DNA from: an uncultured Acetobacteraceae bacterium
Lineage (GTDB): Bacteria > Pseudomonadota > Alphaproteobacteria > Acetobacterales > Acetobacteraceae
Direction of reading: 5' to 3'
DNA length: 42,583 nt
NCBI GenBank assembly: GCA_964247395.1
Contig: CAXTUK010000001.1
Span: forward strand, 1-42,583
In this document: in pieces, positions 24,541 to 33,149 of the stretch
How positions within the stretch are numbered: position 1 is the first letter of the stretch
How the letters are laid out: each line of letters begins with the position of its first letter
Position numbers and translations under genes: made by a program
Notes under the pieces: model-generated
Told to the model about the DNA's origin: nothing
Database searches by the model: none
What the model saw: only the letters and a program-made list of their open reading frames with translations

Positions 24541-25991
24541 CAGGCGGCATGCTCCGCCCTGGCCCGACGCAAGGCGCTCGCCGGCGTGCGGCGTCGCACG
24601 CGTCTGCCCGCCTGCTGCCTGCCGTCGATGACCATGCGCACCGTGGCGCCGGCGATGCAGCCGAGCTCGAGGAAGAACGCGAGCGACCCGATCGTCGGCG
24701 CCGACAGCAACGCCGCCGCGAGCTGTCCGCACAATGCCGCCGAGAAGCCGTCGACCAGCACCTGGCCGGGGTGGACCGGCAAGGCCCTGCGCGCCCGGCC
24801 GATCGACCCCACGATCCGCAGCAACAGCCAGAGCACCGAGACGATCGCGACGACGCCGCCGTTCGCCACCAGCCCAGGCACCAGGCTCGACGCGCGAAAG
24901 CCGCCCCAGCCGACGCCGAGGCCGTAGGTTTGTCCGATCGTCGCCAGCGCCGCCTGATCGACGCCCGTCCGCTGGTCGTATGACTCGCTGTCCCCCTTCG
25001 TCGTGGTGGCCTCGACGACCTCGCTGACCGATTTCAGCAGCGACGGCTTCATGATGAACACCGGCCCGATCGCCAGGCACCCGGCGAGCGCGAGGATCAT
25101 CGACGTCTTTCCCAGGCGGATCAGCGATCGCGCATCGGCCCGAAGGATGGTGAACACCACGATCGCCGGCAGGCCGACGCCGAGCACCGCCAGACCCGTC
25201 GTCGAGGTCGAGAGCAGCATGGCCGTGATCGACAGCGCCAGCAGCAGGTTCGACCGCATCACCTGGTGACCCTTGGCGGTCAGCCACAGGCAGCAGAAGC
25301 ACACGCCCGACAGATAGAAGGCCAGACCCGCGGGTTCCGAGAACGGGCCCTGGATGCGCGGCACGCTCCCGAAGCGCTGGTCGACGATCGCCCAGCTCGG
25401 GTTCGAGTACAGGATGTCGTCCGGGAACGGCACGCCCGCGATCCGGCTGGCGAACTGCCAGAAAGCCAGACCGACCACGATGTAGCCACCGAGAAGATAG
25501 GCGCCGATGATCCGCCGGTAGGACACGCGCGCGCGCGTCAGATGGATCGCGGTGCACACCGCCATCGTCACGTTCATCGAGAGATAGAGCGTCTGGGTGA
25601 TGTTGCCCGAGTTGAAGGCGAGCGGCACCAGTCCCGGGTCGAGCGGATCCGGTTTCTGCGGCGAGACCATGATCTTGCCCGCGAAGACATCCGGAATGGT
25701 GATGATCGACAGCAGGGCGTAACCGAGAAGCAGGATGAGCGGGGTCAGCGTCCAGATCGCCTGCCTCTCGCCCGGGTAGCGCATGCCGAGCGCGTACTGC
25801 ATGACGATGAAGACGATGAAGAGCAGGCCAGGCACCATCGCCAAGGGCAGTCCGAAGTTGCCGCCGATGATCAGGGCGGCACCTGCCTCGAAGATCGCCA
25901 CGACCAGGGCGAGTTCGAGCAGCCGATCCGGCCGGAGCGCCCACATCAGCGCGATCGGGATCAGCGCCATGCCGAGGATCGTCACCTGCAT
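24540..25991 (-). CDS. wzy: Wzy-type polymerase / O-antigen-ligase-family membrane protein
   Basis: About 11-12 TM segments, a large periplasmic-type loop, and the LLSTSTTGLAVLGVG / GLGVGWGGF blocks typical of Wzy_C-containing proteins. Start taken as ATG 25989-25991 (the track start at 26000 is a TTG). Confidence 0.7.
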   Translation of the reverse strand: MQVTILGMALIPIALMWALRPDRLLELALVVAIFEAGAALIIGGNFGLPLAMVPGLLFIVFIVMQYALGMRYPGERQAIWTLTPLILLLGYALLSIITIPDVFAGKIMVSPQKPDPLDPGLVPLAFNSGNITQTLYLSMNVTMAVCTAIHLTRARVSYRRIIGAYLLGGYIVVGLAFWQFASRIAGVPFPDDILYSNPSWAIVDQRFGSVPRIQGPFSEPAGLAFYLSGVCFCCLWLTAKGHQVMRSNLLLALSITAMLLSTSTTGLAVLGVGLPAIVVFTILRADARSLIRLGKTSMILALAGCLAIGPVFIMKPSLLKSVSEVVEATTTKGDSESYDQRTGVDQAALATIGQTYGLGVGWGGFRASSLVPGLVANGGVVAIVSVLWLLLRIVGSIGRARRALPVHPGQVLVDGFSAALCGQLAAALLSAPTIGSLAFFLELGCIAGATVRMVIDGRQQAGRRVRRRTPASALRRARAEHAA

Positions 25992-26027
25992 CAGCCGCAA
26001 CCCCGCCCGGCAGGGGGCGCCTGCCCC

Positions 26028-28241
26028 CTAGATCCTCGCCACGCGAGTGCGGCCACGGCCGGCATAGCCACGATATCCGTAGTGCCCGAGCCCCGACGCC
26101 CGGCTGATGATCCGGCGATCGACGCGCGTCATCACCGCGCCGAGATTCTTCGCACCGCTGTCCTGCAGCAGCCGGACCGCGCTCTGGACCGCGTCGCGAG
26201 CCGTCTGTTCCCAGCGGACCACCATCAGGGTCGCATCGACCAGGTGAGCGAGCACCAGCGCGTCCGCCACCGGCAGCACCGGCGGCGTATCGAGAATGAT
26301 CAGGTCATAGTTGGCGCGCGAGCTCTCGATGAGCGCGCTCATTGCGCTCGATGCGAGAAGCTCCTGGGGATCGCCGGTGCAGTCTCCCGCGACGATGACG
26401 TCGAGTTTGGCGGAGATCTGACGGGCGGTCGTTTTGCCGCCGCCGATCAGCTTGCCGAAAAGGATGTCGCCCAGGCCGGTTCCCCCGTTGCAGGAAAGCA
26501 GCCGCCCGAGTGTCGGGTGTCCGAAATCGCACTCGATCAGCAGCACCTGCCAGCCCGCCAGGGCGGCGTTCCTCGCCCAGTTCGCCGCGAAGACCGACTT
26601 GCCCTCCTCCGGCACGGCGGATGTGACCATCACCACCTTGGGACGATCACCGCCGAGTGCGCGGAACCGTCCGCGAAGCTTGTCGAACGAGGCCTGCCCG
26701 GCCGCCGAGATGTCCCGCCGTCCGAACAGCGCACGCCGCTCGGCCGGGACGATCCCGATCAGCGGCAGCCCGAGATGCGCTTCGAGCTGTTCGGGCATCG
26801 TGAAGCCGCGTCGCATCCGCTCGCGCGCGCACGCGAGCGCCACGCCGAGCGCCAGCGACAGGATGATCGCGATCGCCACCATGCGCGTGCTCTGCGGCGA
26901 GGACGGCTCGAGCGGCGGACGCGCGCCCGACACCAGGGCTGCATCCGGGTCCTGGATGCCCGCGGTGTTCGCGAGTTCTGTCGCCCGGTTGAGGAAACTC
27001 TCGTAGATGGTCCGGGTCGCGCGCGTCTTCGTCTCCAGCGTCTGCAGGCCGATCTGCGCCGAGTTCTCGTCGCTGACGGCGTCGCGCAACTGGTCCAATC
27101 TCGACTGCAGACCGTCCTCCTGCTCGCGCGCGGCGTTCACGGCGGAGGCCAGGCTGTGCGCGATGTTGTTCATCTCGCGCGCGGCTCTGGCCTGCAGTTT
27201 CGCGAGTTGCGAGCGGACGGCCGCGAGATCCGGGTTCCGTTCGCCCTGGCTCTCGGCCATCTCCGCCTCCTTGCCGGCGACCTCCGAGATCTGCTCGACA
27301 AGCCGGGCGATCATCGGCGAGTTGACGATCTCCGGCAGGGCCGAGATCGGCGTGCCGCCTCGCTGCGCCATCTGCGCCTCCGCCAGTTGCGCCTCCTTCT
27401 CGGCGCGGTCACGCGAGACCTGGGCGAGCAGCGTGCTGACCGCGTCGAGCTGCTGCCGATTGGCCGAACTCGTCGTCGGATTGCCCGCCTCGGTCGACAA
27501 GGTCTCGCGCAACCCGTGCTGCTGACGATAACGCTCCACCTTGGTCTCGTCGGTCCTGACCTGCTCGCCCAGCGTACCCAGTTGCTGCTGGAACCAGTCC
27601 CGCGCCCGCTGCATGGCGATGAACTTCTCCTGGCGCTTGAAGTCCAGGTATTGCCGCACGATCGCGTTGGCGATCCTCGCACTCAGCGCCGCGTGCCGCG
27701 TCGTGACCAGGATGTGCAGCACGTCCGAATGGGGTTCGTTGGCGAACGCGATCTTGTCGCTCAGCTCGGCAGCCGCCAGGTCGACGGGATCGTTGGCCAC
27801 CGGGAGCGTCGTCGCGGACGATCCGGTCAGATGCCGCAGCAACCTGCCCAGTCTCTCCTTCAGGCCGCCGCTCGCCACCCGGAATTCCGGGTCCCTGGTC
27901 AGGTCGAGCGCCTGCACGACGCCGATCGCCAGCGCCGGCGCGCTCAGGATGTCGATCTGCGTGCGTATCAGGCTGCTGACGTCGCCCGCATCGGCGGAGA
28001 TCGCCTGCAGGTCGCTGACCTGCGTCCGCTGCGGCTCGATCAGGATCGTCGCCTCGGCGGTATATTGTCGCGGCATCCGGCTGACCAGCAGCAGCGTTCC
28101 TCCGGCGCCGAGCAGTAGACATCCCAGCACCAGCCAGGCATGTCGCCTGATGATCCGGCCGAACTGCACCACCGGGACCCCTATCGGTTCCAGCCTGCTG
28201 TTCGGGTCCGTGAAGCCCGTCTCGCCGCTGATGTCATGCAT
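26028..28241 (-). CDS. wzc: Polysaccharide co-polymerase PCP-2a with C-terminal BY-kinase domain (Wzc/ExoP/GumC-like)
   Basis: TM1, then a long coiled-coil periplasmic region, then TM2. Walker A is TSAVPEEGKS, Walker A' is LLIECDFGHP and Walker B is LIILDTPP. The C-terminal Tyr cluster is GHYGYRGYAG. Confidence 0.9.
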   Translation of the reverse strand: MHDISGETGFTDPNSRLEPIGVPVVQFGRIIRRHAWLVLGCLLLGAGGTLLLVSRMPRQYTAEATILIEPQRTQVSDLQAISADAGDVSSLIRTQIDILSAPALAIGVVQALDLTRDPEFRVASGGLKERLGRLLRHLTGSSATTLPVANDPVDLAAAELSDKIAFANEPHSDVLHILVTTRHAALSARIANAIVRQYLDFKRQEKFIAMQRARDWFQQQLGTLGEQVRTDETKVERYRQQHGLRETLSTEAGNPTTSSANRQQLDAVSTLLAQVSRDRAEKEAQLAEAQMAQRGGTPISALPEIVNSPMIARLVEQISEVAGKEAEMAESQGERNPDLAAVRSQLAKLQARAAREMNNIAHSLASAVNAAREQEDGLQSRLDQLRDAVSDENSAQIGLQTLETKTRATRTIYESFLNRATELANTAGIQDPDAALVSGARPPLEPSSPQSTRMVAIAIILSLALGVALACARERMRRGFTMPEQLEAHLGLPLIGIVPAERRALFGRRDISAAGQASFDKLRGRFRALGGDRPKVVMVTSAVPEEGKSVFAANWARNAALAGWQVLLIECDFGHPTLGRLLSCNGGTGLGDILFGKLIGGGKTTARQISAKLDVIVAGDCTGDPQELLASSAMSALIESSRANYDLIILDTPPVLPVADALVLAHLVDATLMVVRWEQTARDAVQSAVRLLQDSGAKNLGAVMTRVDRRIISRASGLGHYGYRGYAGRGRTRVARI

Positions 28242-28305
28242 GGATTATGTTCCGAGCCAGGTGCCGACGAGTATGGTGCAGGGATCGCAGGAGAGGAGGG
28301 GAGCC

Positions 28306-29191
28306 ATGGCGCTTCGCATCGTCGTCGGCTTCGCCACCAGCGGACGTGAAACCATGCTGCGCGAAACCCTCGGCGAGCTCTCCCGCCAGAGCAGGCCGCC
28401 CGACGGGCTCATCGTTTGCGCGACCAGCCCGATCGACCTCGACCTCGTTCCCGGCGCGCGCGTCCTGGTCAGTCCGGCCAGTCTGCCGAGACAGCGCAAC
28501 GCGATCGCGGACGCCGCGTCGGACGCCGACCTGCTCGTGTTCTTCGACGACGATTTCGTGCCCGCGCCAGACTATCTGGCCGCCGTCGAACGTCACATGG
28601 AGGCGGACATACGCATCGTCGTCGCCACGGGTCTGGTGCTCGCCGATGGCATCGGCGGCCCCGGCCTGCGGATGGAGGACGCGCGCGAGGTGCTGCGAAC
28701 CCGCAGCCGGGCCGCGGGCGGGCTCCGGCCCGCCTTCGCCGCCTACGGCTGCAACATGGCGGTCCGGCTCGCGCCGATGCGAGAGCACGACATCAGGTTC
28801 GACGAGCGGCTGCCGCTGTATGGCTGGCAGGAGGACGTCGATTTCTCGCGTCGCCTCGGCGTGTTCGGCCGCGTGGTGCAGATCGACGCGGCGCAGGGCG
28901 TCCATCTCGGCGTCAAGACCGGCCGCGGCTCCGGCACCAGGCTCGGCTACTCGCAGGTCGCGAACCCGATCTATCTCTGGGGCAAGCGGTCGGGCTACCC
29001 GCTCTCCCGGGCGCTGTCGCACATCGCCCGCAATGTCGCGATGAACCTTGCCCGCGCCCCGCGACCCGAAACCTATGTCGACCCGGGGGGCCGGCGGGCG
29101 GGGCCCCGGGGCGCCAGGGGCGGCCAACGTGCTCGCCTTGCTCGACCTCGTTGCCGGACGCATCGCGCCGGAACGGATCCTGGATCTGTAG
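28306..29191 (+). CDS. Family-2 glycosyltransferase; apparent +1 frameshift in a G/C homopolymer region near the 3' end (possible pseudogene or sequencing error)
   Basis: The ATG at 28306 follows GGAGAGGAGGGGAG. It has the DxD block LLVFFDDDF. The body frame runs on to 29439 as R-rich junk antisense to the next gene. The +1 frame from about 29085-29122 reads AANVLALLDLVAGRIAPERILDL and stops at 29189-29191, 8 nt before the convergent gene's stop. Confidence 0.75.
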
Positions 29192-29199
29192 GCGGCGTG

Positions 29200-30354
29200 T
29201 CATGCCGCCGCCAGTTCGGGCGGAAACGCGCCGAGCCAAGCGCCGTCCACGGCGTGGTCGATCCCGCTCGCCCTGCGCGCGCTGCGGCCCGGGTCCTCGG
29301 CGAGGATGCGCAGCATGCCCGCGGCTGCTTCGACATCCGGCTCGGCCCAGAAGCCGCCATCGTAGATTCCCGCCGGATCGACGACCGGAACCAGCCGGAA
29401 AGGAACCAGGCAGCCGTTCCCGCCGCCCATGAAGTCTAGGTTTCCGGACCAACCGGTTCCGATCACGGCGATTCCTCTCGCCATCGCTTCGAGCATCGGC
29501 AGCCCGAAGCCCTCCGCCCGGTGCAGCGACAGGAGCACGTCCGTCTCGTCATACAACGCATCGAGTTCGCTCTCGTCCAGATAATCCTTGAGGACGCTGA
29601 CGTTCCCGCCCAGACCCGCCTGCCGAAGCGAATGTTCCAGAGCCGCCACCTCGTTCGGACAGCCGCCGAGCTTGAGGATCAATCTGGCGTCGGGCGAGTC
29701 CCCGAACGCGATCCTGAACGCACGGCACGCGCCTTCCGGATTCTTGCGTGCGAAACTGGATTTGCTGTCGGCCATCGCCAGCACGGTGAACGGGCCTTGC
29801 GACCTGCCCGGCCTCGCAGGACGGCGCTCCAGGCGGTAAGGCACCACACGCACCGGTCGCGACGTGAGTTTGCGCAGGCTCGTCGCCGAGAAGGTGCTCG
29901 CCGTCCAGATTTCGTTGATGTTGCGGTCGCACCCTTCCCAGTCGCTCGGCGTGTCGGGCAGCTCCCAGTTCCAGAAGCCGATCCTCCAGGCGTTCATCGC
30001 TGCAGGCATCACGCTGCCGATCAGGCTCGCCGTTTGCGGCGCGCCGCAGTGGAAGACATAGACCGAACCGGCCCGATGACGCGCTTTGAAGAACGGGTTG
30101 CGGACCGCCTCCGTCGCGTCCACCAGTTCGGCATCGACTCCCGAGCGCTCGAGGAAGGCGGACAGCAGTCGCGCCCCGACCGAAAGACCGTTCCTCTTGC
30201 CGAGCTGAGCGACGACGATCACGCGATCGAACCGCCTGGGTCCACATCGATCACCAAGACGGTGGTTCATGATCCGAGTAGAAGCCTGCAGGTAGGCGGT
30301 GATCGCGTTCGGCTTCAGCCGAGCAGCCCATTCGGTTCCGAATCCGATCGCCAT
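29200..30354 (-). CDS. Family-4 (group 1) glycosyltransferase
   Basis: E-x7-E block HRAEGFGLPMLEAMARGIAVIG. 384 aa. The ATG at 30352-30354 follows GAGAGAGGAAG. Confidence 0.8.
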   Translation of the reverse strand: MAIGFGTEWAARLKPNAITAYLQASTRIMNHRLGDRCGPRRFDRVIVVAQLGKRNGLSVGARLLSAFLERSGVDAELVDATEAVRNPFFKARHRAGSVYVFHCGAPQTASLIGSVMPAAMNAWRIGFWNWELPDTPSDWEGCDRNINEIWTASTFSATSLRKLTSRPVRVVPYRLERRPARPGRSQGPFTVLAMADSKSSFARKNPEGACRAFRIAFGDSPDARLILKLGGCPNEVAALEHSLRQAGLGGNVSVLKDYLDESELDALYDETDVLLSLHRAEGFGLPMLEAMARGIAVIGTGWSGNLDFMGGGNGCLVPFRLVPVVDPAGIYDGGFWAEPDVEAAAGMLRILAEDPGRSARRASGIDHAVDGAWLGAFPPELAAA

Positions 30355-30385
30355 CGCTTCCTCTCTCGAGGCGCCGGCAGAGACA

Positions 30386-31213
30386 CTAGGCCTTCTGCGC
30401 GTTGTAGACCGCTTGCGTCCGGTTCGTCGCCCCCATCTTCCGGAGAAGGTTGCGCACGTGCACCTTTACCGTGCTCTCGCTCATCCGAAGCTCATGAGCG
30501 ATGATCTTGTTGGCCTTTCCCTGCCGCAGCAAACCGAGCACCGCCTGCTGCTTGGCGGTCAGACCGATGATCGACGGGGGCGCCGGCAACGGAGCGGGCG
30601 ACCTCTCGGCCTTTGTCAGCAACAATTCCGAGGGAACGAAGGTGCCGCCTGCGATGACCACATGGATCGCAGCCGACAGCATCGCGATCCCGGTGGTCCG
30701 GGTCAGGATGAAACCACGCGCCCCCATGTCGAAGGCCAGTAGCGCGTCGGCGGCATGCTTGTCGTCGTCGGCATCCGACATCACGATCACCGGCTTGCCG
30801 GAGCAGAAACGCTGGATGTCGGCAAGCGACGTCTCCAGCACGTCGCCGGCGTGATAATGGGCCACGATGAGGTCGAAGACCGCCTCGTCGGCGAGGAGGT
30901 AGTCCTCGATCGTCTCGAACGCCGACATCTCCACCTGCTGCACCAGCTCCCTCGACGCCTCGATCAGGCAGTCGCGGCTCAGACAGAAGCGGTCGATCAG
31001 CGCGATCCTCAGCAGGACCGGAGACCGGCGCCTTGTCCTGAGTTGTTCGGTCAGCCCGGCGTCGAACTCGCCCATGAACTGGTTGACTTGGAAAGCCGGG
31101 ACGCGCTGCGGCACCTCCATGCACGCTGGGGCGCAAGCAAGCTGCGACGCTTCCGACATGAGGATCGCGGCCGGTTGCTTGTTGATGTCGATCTCGGTGG
31201 TGACCTGGGACAT
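30386..31213 (-). CDS. LuxR/FixJ-type transcriptional regulator with a pseudo-receiver domain and ~70-aa N-terminal extension
   Basis: The C-terminal HTH is LTAKQQAVLGLLRQGKANKIIAHELRMSESTVKVHVRNLLRKMG. The receiver-like region is IALIDRF...FDLIVAHYH...VIVMSDA...GARGFILT. By eye against NarL, it lacks both the phospho-acceptor Asp and the conserved Lys. Confidence 0.8.
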   Translation of the reverse strand: MSQVTTEIDINKQPAAILMSEASQLACAPACMEVPQRVPAFQVNQFMGEFDAGLTEQLRTRRRSPVLLRIALIDRFCLSRDCLIEASRELVQQVEMSAFETIEDYLLADEAVFDLIVAHYHAGDVLETSLADIQRFCSGKPVIVMSDADDDKHAADALLAFDMGARGFILTRTTGIAMLSAAIHVVIAGGTFVPSELLLTKAERSPAPLPAPPSIIGLTAKQQAVLGLLRQGKANKIIAHELRMSESTVKVHVRNLLRKMGATNRTQAVYNAQKA

Positions 31214-31697
31214 GGGGGTTTCCGATCATCCGGACGCTTGACTTGATGAATACCTTAAGCGAGATGCGGACCAGAATGTCGTAAAAAGTTTCCAGACTAA
31301 CCTTTTTTGCCCGTGCCGGACCTTTTTATCAAAAAGGATGAGATGCACCTAACGGAGACGGTTCGAGCGGAGGCGCGAGCGTGCAGGCCGATGCGGATCA
31401 GGAGCGATAACGAGCGCCGGGAGACCGGCAAGGCTTGTCATCGCGGCCAGCGTTCGGACCCGTTAACGACGACGGAACCGCGCGGCAGGGCCTGCAAGTC
31501 ATAGCGCCGGACACCGGACCAACGGGGTTTTCTGCAGCCCAGCATTTCTCTTTTTTCGTTTGCTGCGAATGGTCGGCGGCGAAGGCGGAACCGGCTCACC
31601 ACAACGACCATGTCCGTAATAACATGGTGGTTGGACGGCGGCCAAGCGTTATTTTTCCAGTCCGGGCAGCCACGACGGAACCGATCGGATTGGTCAG
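31214..31697. promoter_or_regulatory. Large AT-richer divergent control region between the regulator gene and the initiating transferase operon
   Basis: 484-nt gap, the lowest-GC stretch in the window by eye. It contains the 7-3-7 palindrome CCTTTTTatcAAAAAGG at 31321-31337 and several T/A tracts. No promoter consensus could be assigned with confidence. Confidence 0.4.
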
Positions 31698-33149
31698 ATG
31701 ACGGCGTTCACGCCAGAAGGAATGACGGCGCCGCTGCCGCTGATCCGGACATTCGCGGCGCTCCGCCTCGCGCCGCGGTCGCGCCGGCGCCTCTCGAGCC
31801 TCGTCCTTTTCGCCGCCGACCTCGCCGCCGCGTTTGCCGCATGGCGCATCGCCCAGGCGATCGGCGCGCCCGACCCCGCCGGACTCGCCGCCCACACGCC
31901 GCCAGGGCGGCTTCCCGTGCAGTGGATCGCCTACGCCGCCGCCTGCTTCGCCTATATGCTTGGCAAGGGACGCTACACCAGGCGAGCCTCGTCGGGAGAC
32001 GAACTCGGCGTCCTCGTCCGGGCGGCCTCGCTGCTGCTGTTGTTCGGACTGTTTCGCTCGGTCGACACGCGCGATCCTGCCGCCGGCCTTTCGCTCGTCG
32101 TCGTCGCCACGCTGTTCTGCCTGTTGGCGGCGACGGGCAGGGCGCTCGCGAAACTGGCTTTGTCACGGGCCCATGTCTGGCAAATCCCGGTTGCGATCCT
32201 GGGCACCGGCCGGACCGCCGACGAAGCCGAGCTGGCGCTCTCCGCCGATGCGACGCTCGGATACGAAGTCGTCGGCCGAATGCCAGAACTCTTGCCGCTG
32301 CAGGAGACGTCGCACCCCCTTTCGGCGATGCTGCGCCGGCTCGACGCCGAGCGGGTGGTTATCGCCGTCGATGACGATACCGGCCTGCAGCGCCGGCTGA
32401 TCGGCCTCGCCTTGTTCGAAGGTATCCCGTTCTCGGTCGTCCCTCCCGTCGGCGCGATGGCCGCACTCCGATCGAGGCCGACGCGGTTCGTCGGCCGCGA
32501 CATCGTCATGCACTGCGCCGAGCACGGCCTTCGCCAACGTGCCGCCCGGCTCGGCAAGCGGGCCGGCGACATCGGGGGTGCGGCGATCCTGCTCGTCCTG
32601 TCGAGCCCGCTCTTCCTTATACTCATCGTGCTGGCACGTCTCGACGGCGGTCCCGCTTTCTTCTCGCAACACCGCGTCGGTGCCGGCGGCCGTCTGTTCC
32701 GCTGTTTGAAGTTCCGCACCATGGTCATGGGCGCGGACTTCGTTCTCGAATGCCTGCTGGCAGAAGATCCCGAACGCGCGGCGGAATGGGCGGCCACGCG
32801 CAAGCTCCGCAACGATCCTCGCGTGACCCCGACTGGCCGTTTCTTGCGCAGATCGAGCCTCGACGAGCTGCCGCAGCTGATCAACATTCTCCGGGGTGAG
32901 ATGAGCCTGATCGGCCCGCGCCCGATCGCCGAGAGCGAACTGCCGCTCTATGGCGCCGACAGCGCCAGCTACTTCGCGCAAAGGCCCGGCCTGAGCGGCA
33001 TCTGGCAGGTCACCGGGCGCAGCGACACCTCCTACGAGCGGCGCGTCCAGCTCGACGGCTGGTATGTCCGGAACTGGTCATTGCGGAACGACCTGGCTCT
33101 CGCCATCAGGACCATACCCGCCGTTCTCAGGCGCGACGGTGCGTGCTGA
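31698..33149 (+). CDS. Polyprenyl-phosphate hexose-1-phosphate transferase (WbaP/ExoY-type bacterial sugar transferase), initiating enzyme
   Basis: N-terminal TM bundle plus the C-terminal catalytic domain: RLDGGPAFFSQHRVGAGGRLFRCLKFRTM, DPRVTPTGRFLRRSSLDELPQLINILRGEMSLIGPRP, and RPGLSGIWQV. Confidence 0.9.
   Translation: MTAFTPEGMTAPLPLIRTFAALRLAPRSRRRLSSLVLFAADLAAAFAAWRIAQAIGAPDPAGLAAHTPPGRLPVQWIAYAAACFAYMLGKGRYTRRASSGDELGVLVRAASLLLLFGLFRSVDTRDPAAGLSLVVVATLFCLLAATGRALAKLALSRAHVWQIPVAILGTGRTADEAELALSADATLGYEVVGRMPELLPLQETSHPLSAMLRRLDAERVVIAVDDDTGLQRRLIGLALFEGIPFSVVPPVGAMAALRSRPTRFVGRDIVMHCAEHGLRQRAARLGKRAGDIGGAAILLVLSSPLFLILIVLARLDGGPAFFSQHRVGAGGRLFRCLKFRTMVMGADFVLECLLAEDPERAAEWAATRKLRNDPRVTPTGRFLRRSSLDELPQLINILRGEMSLIGPRPIAESELPLYGADSASYFAQRPGLSGIWQVTGRSDTSYERRVQLDGWYVRNWSLRNDLALAIRTIPAVLRRDGAC

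Noticed and set aside
24541-25944. N-terminal 468 codons of the 858-aa minus-strand ORF 23368..25944.
   Set aside because: This part overlaps the wzy-like gene in another frame and is R/G/P/D-rich. The recognisable GT4 sequence begins at [10 protein letters not shown] (ATG 24538-24540).
25266-28118. 950-aa plus-strand ORF, the longest in the track.
   Set aside because: It is antisense to the wzy-like and wzc genes, both of which have strong family motifs. Its composition is R/D/G/H/Q-rich and low-complexity with no recognisable motif. This is a typical shadow ORF of a high-GC genome.
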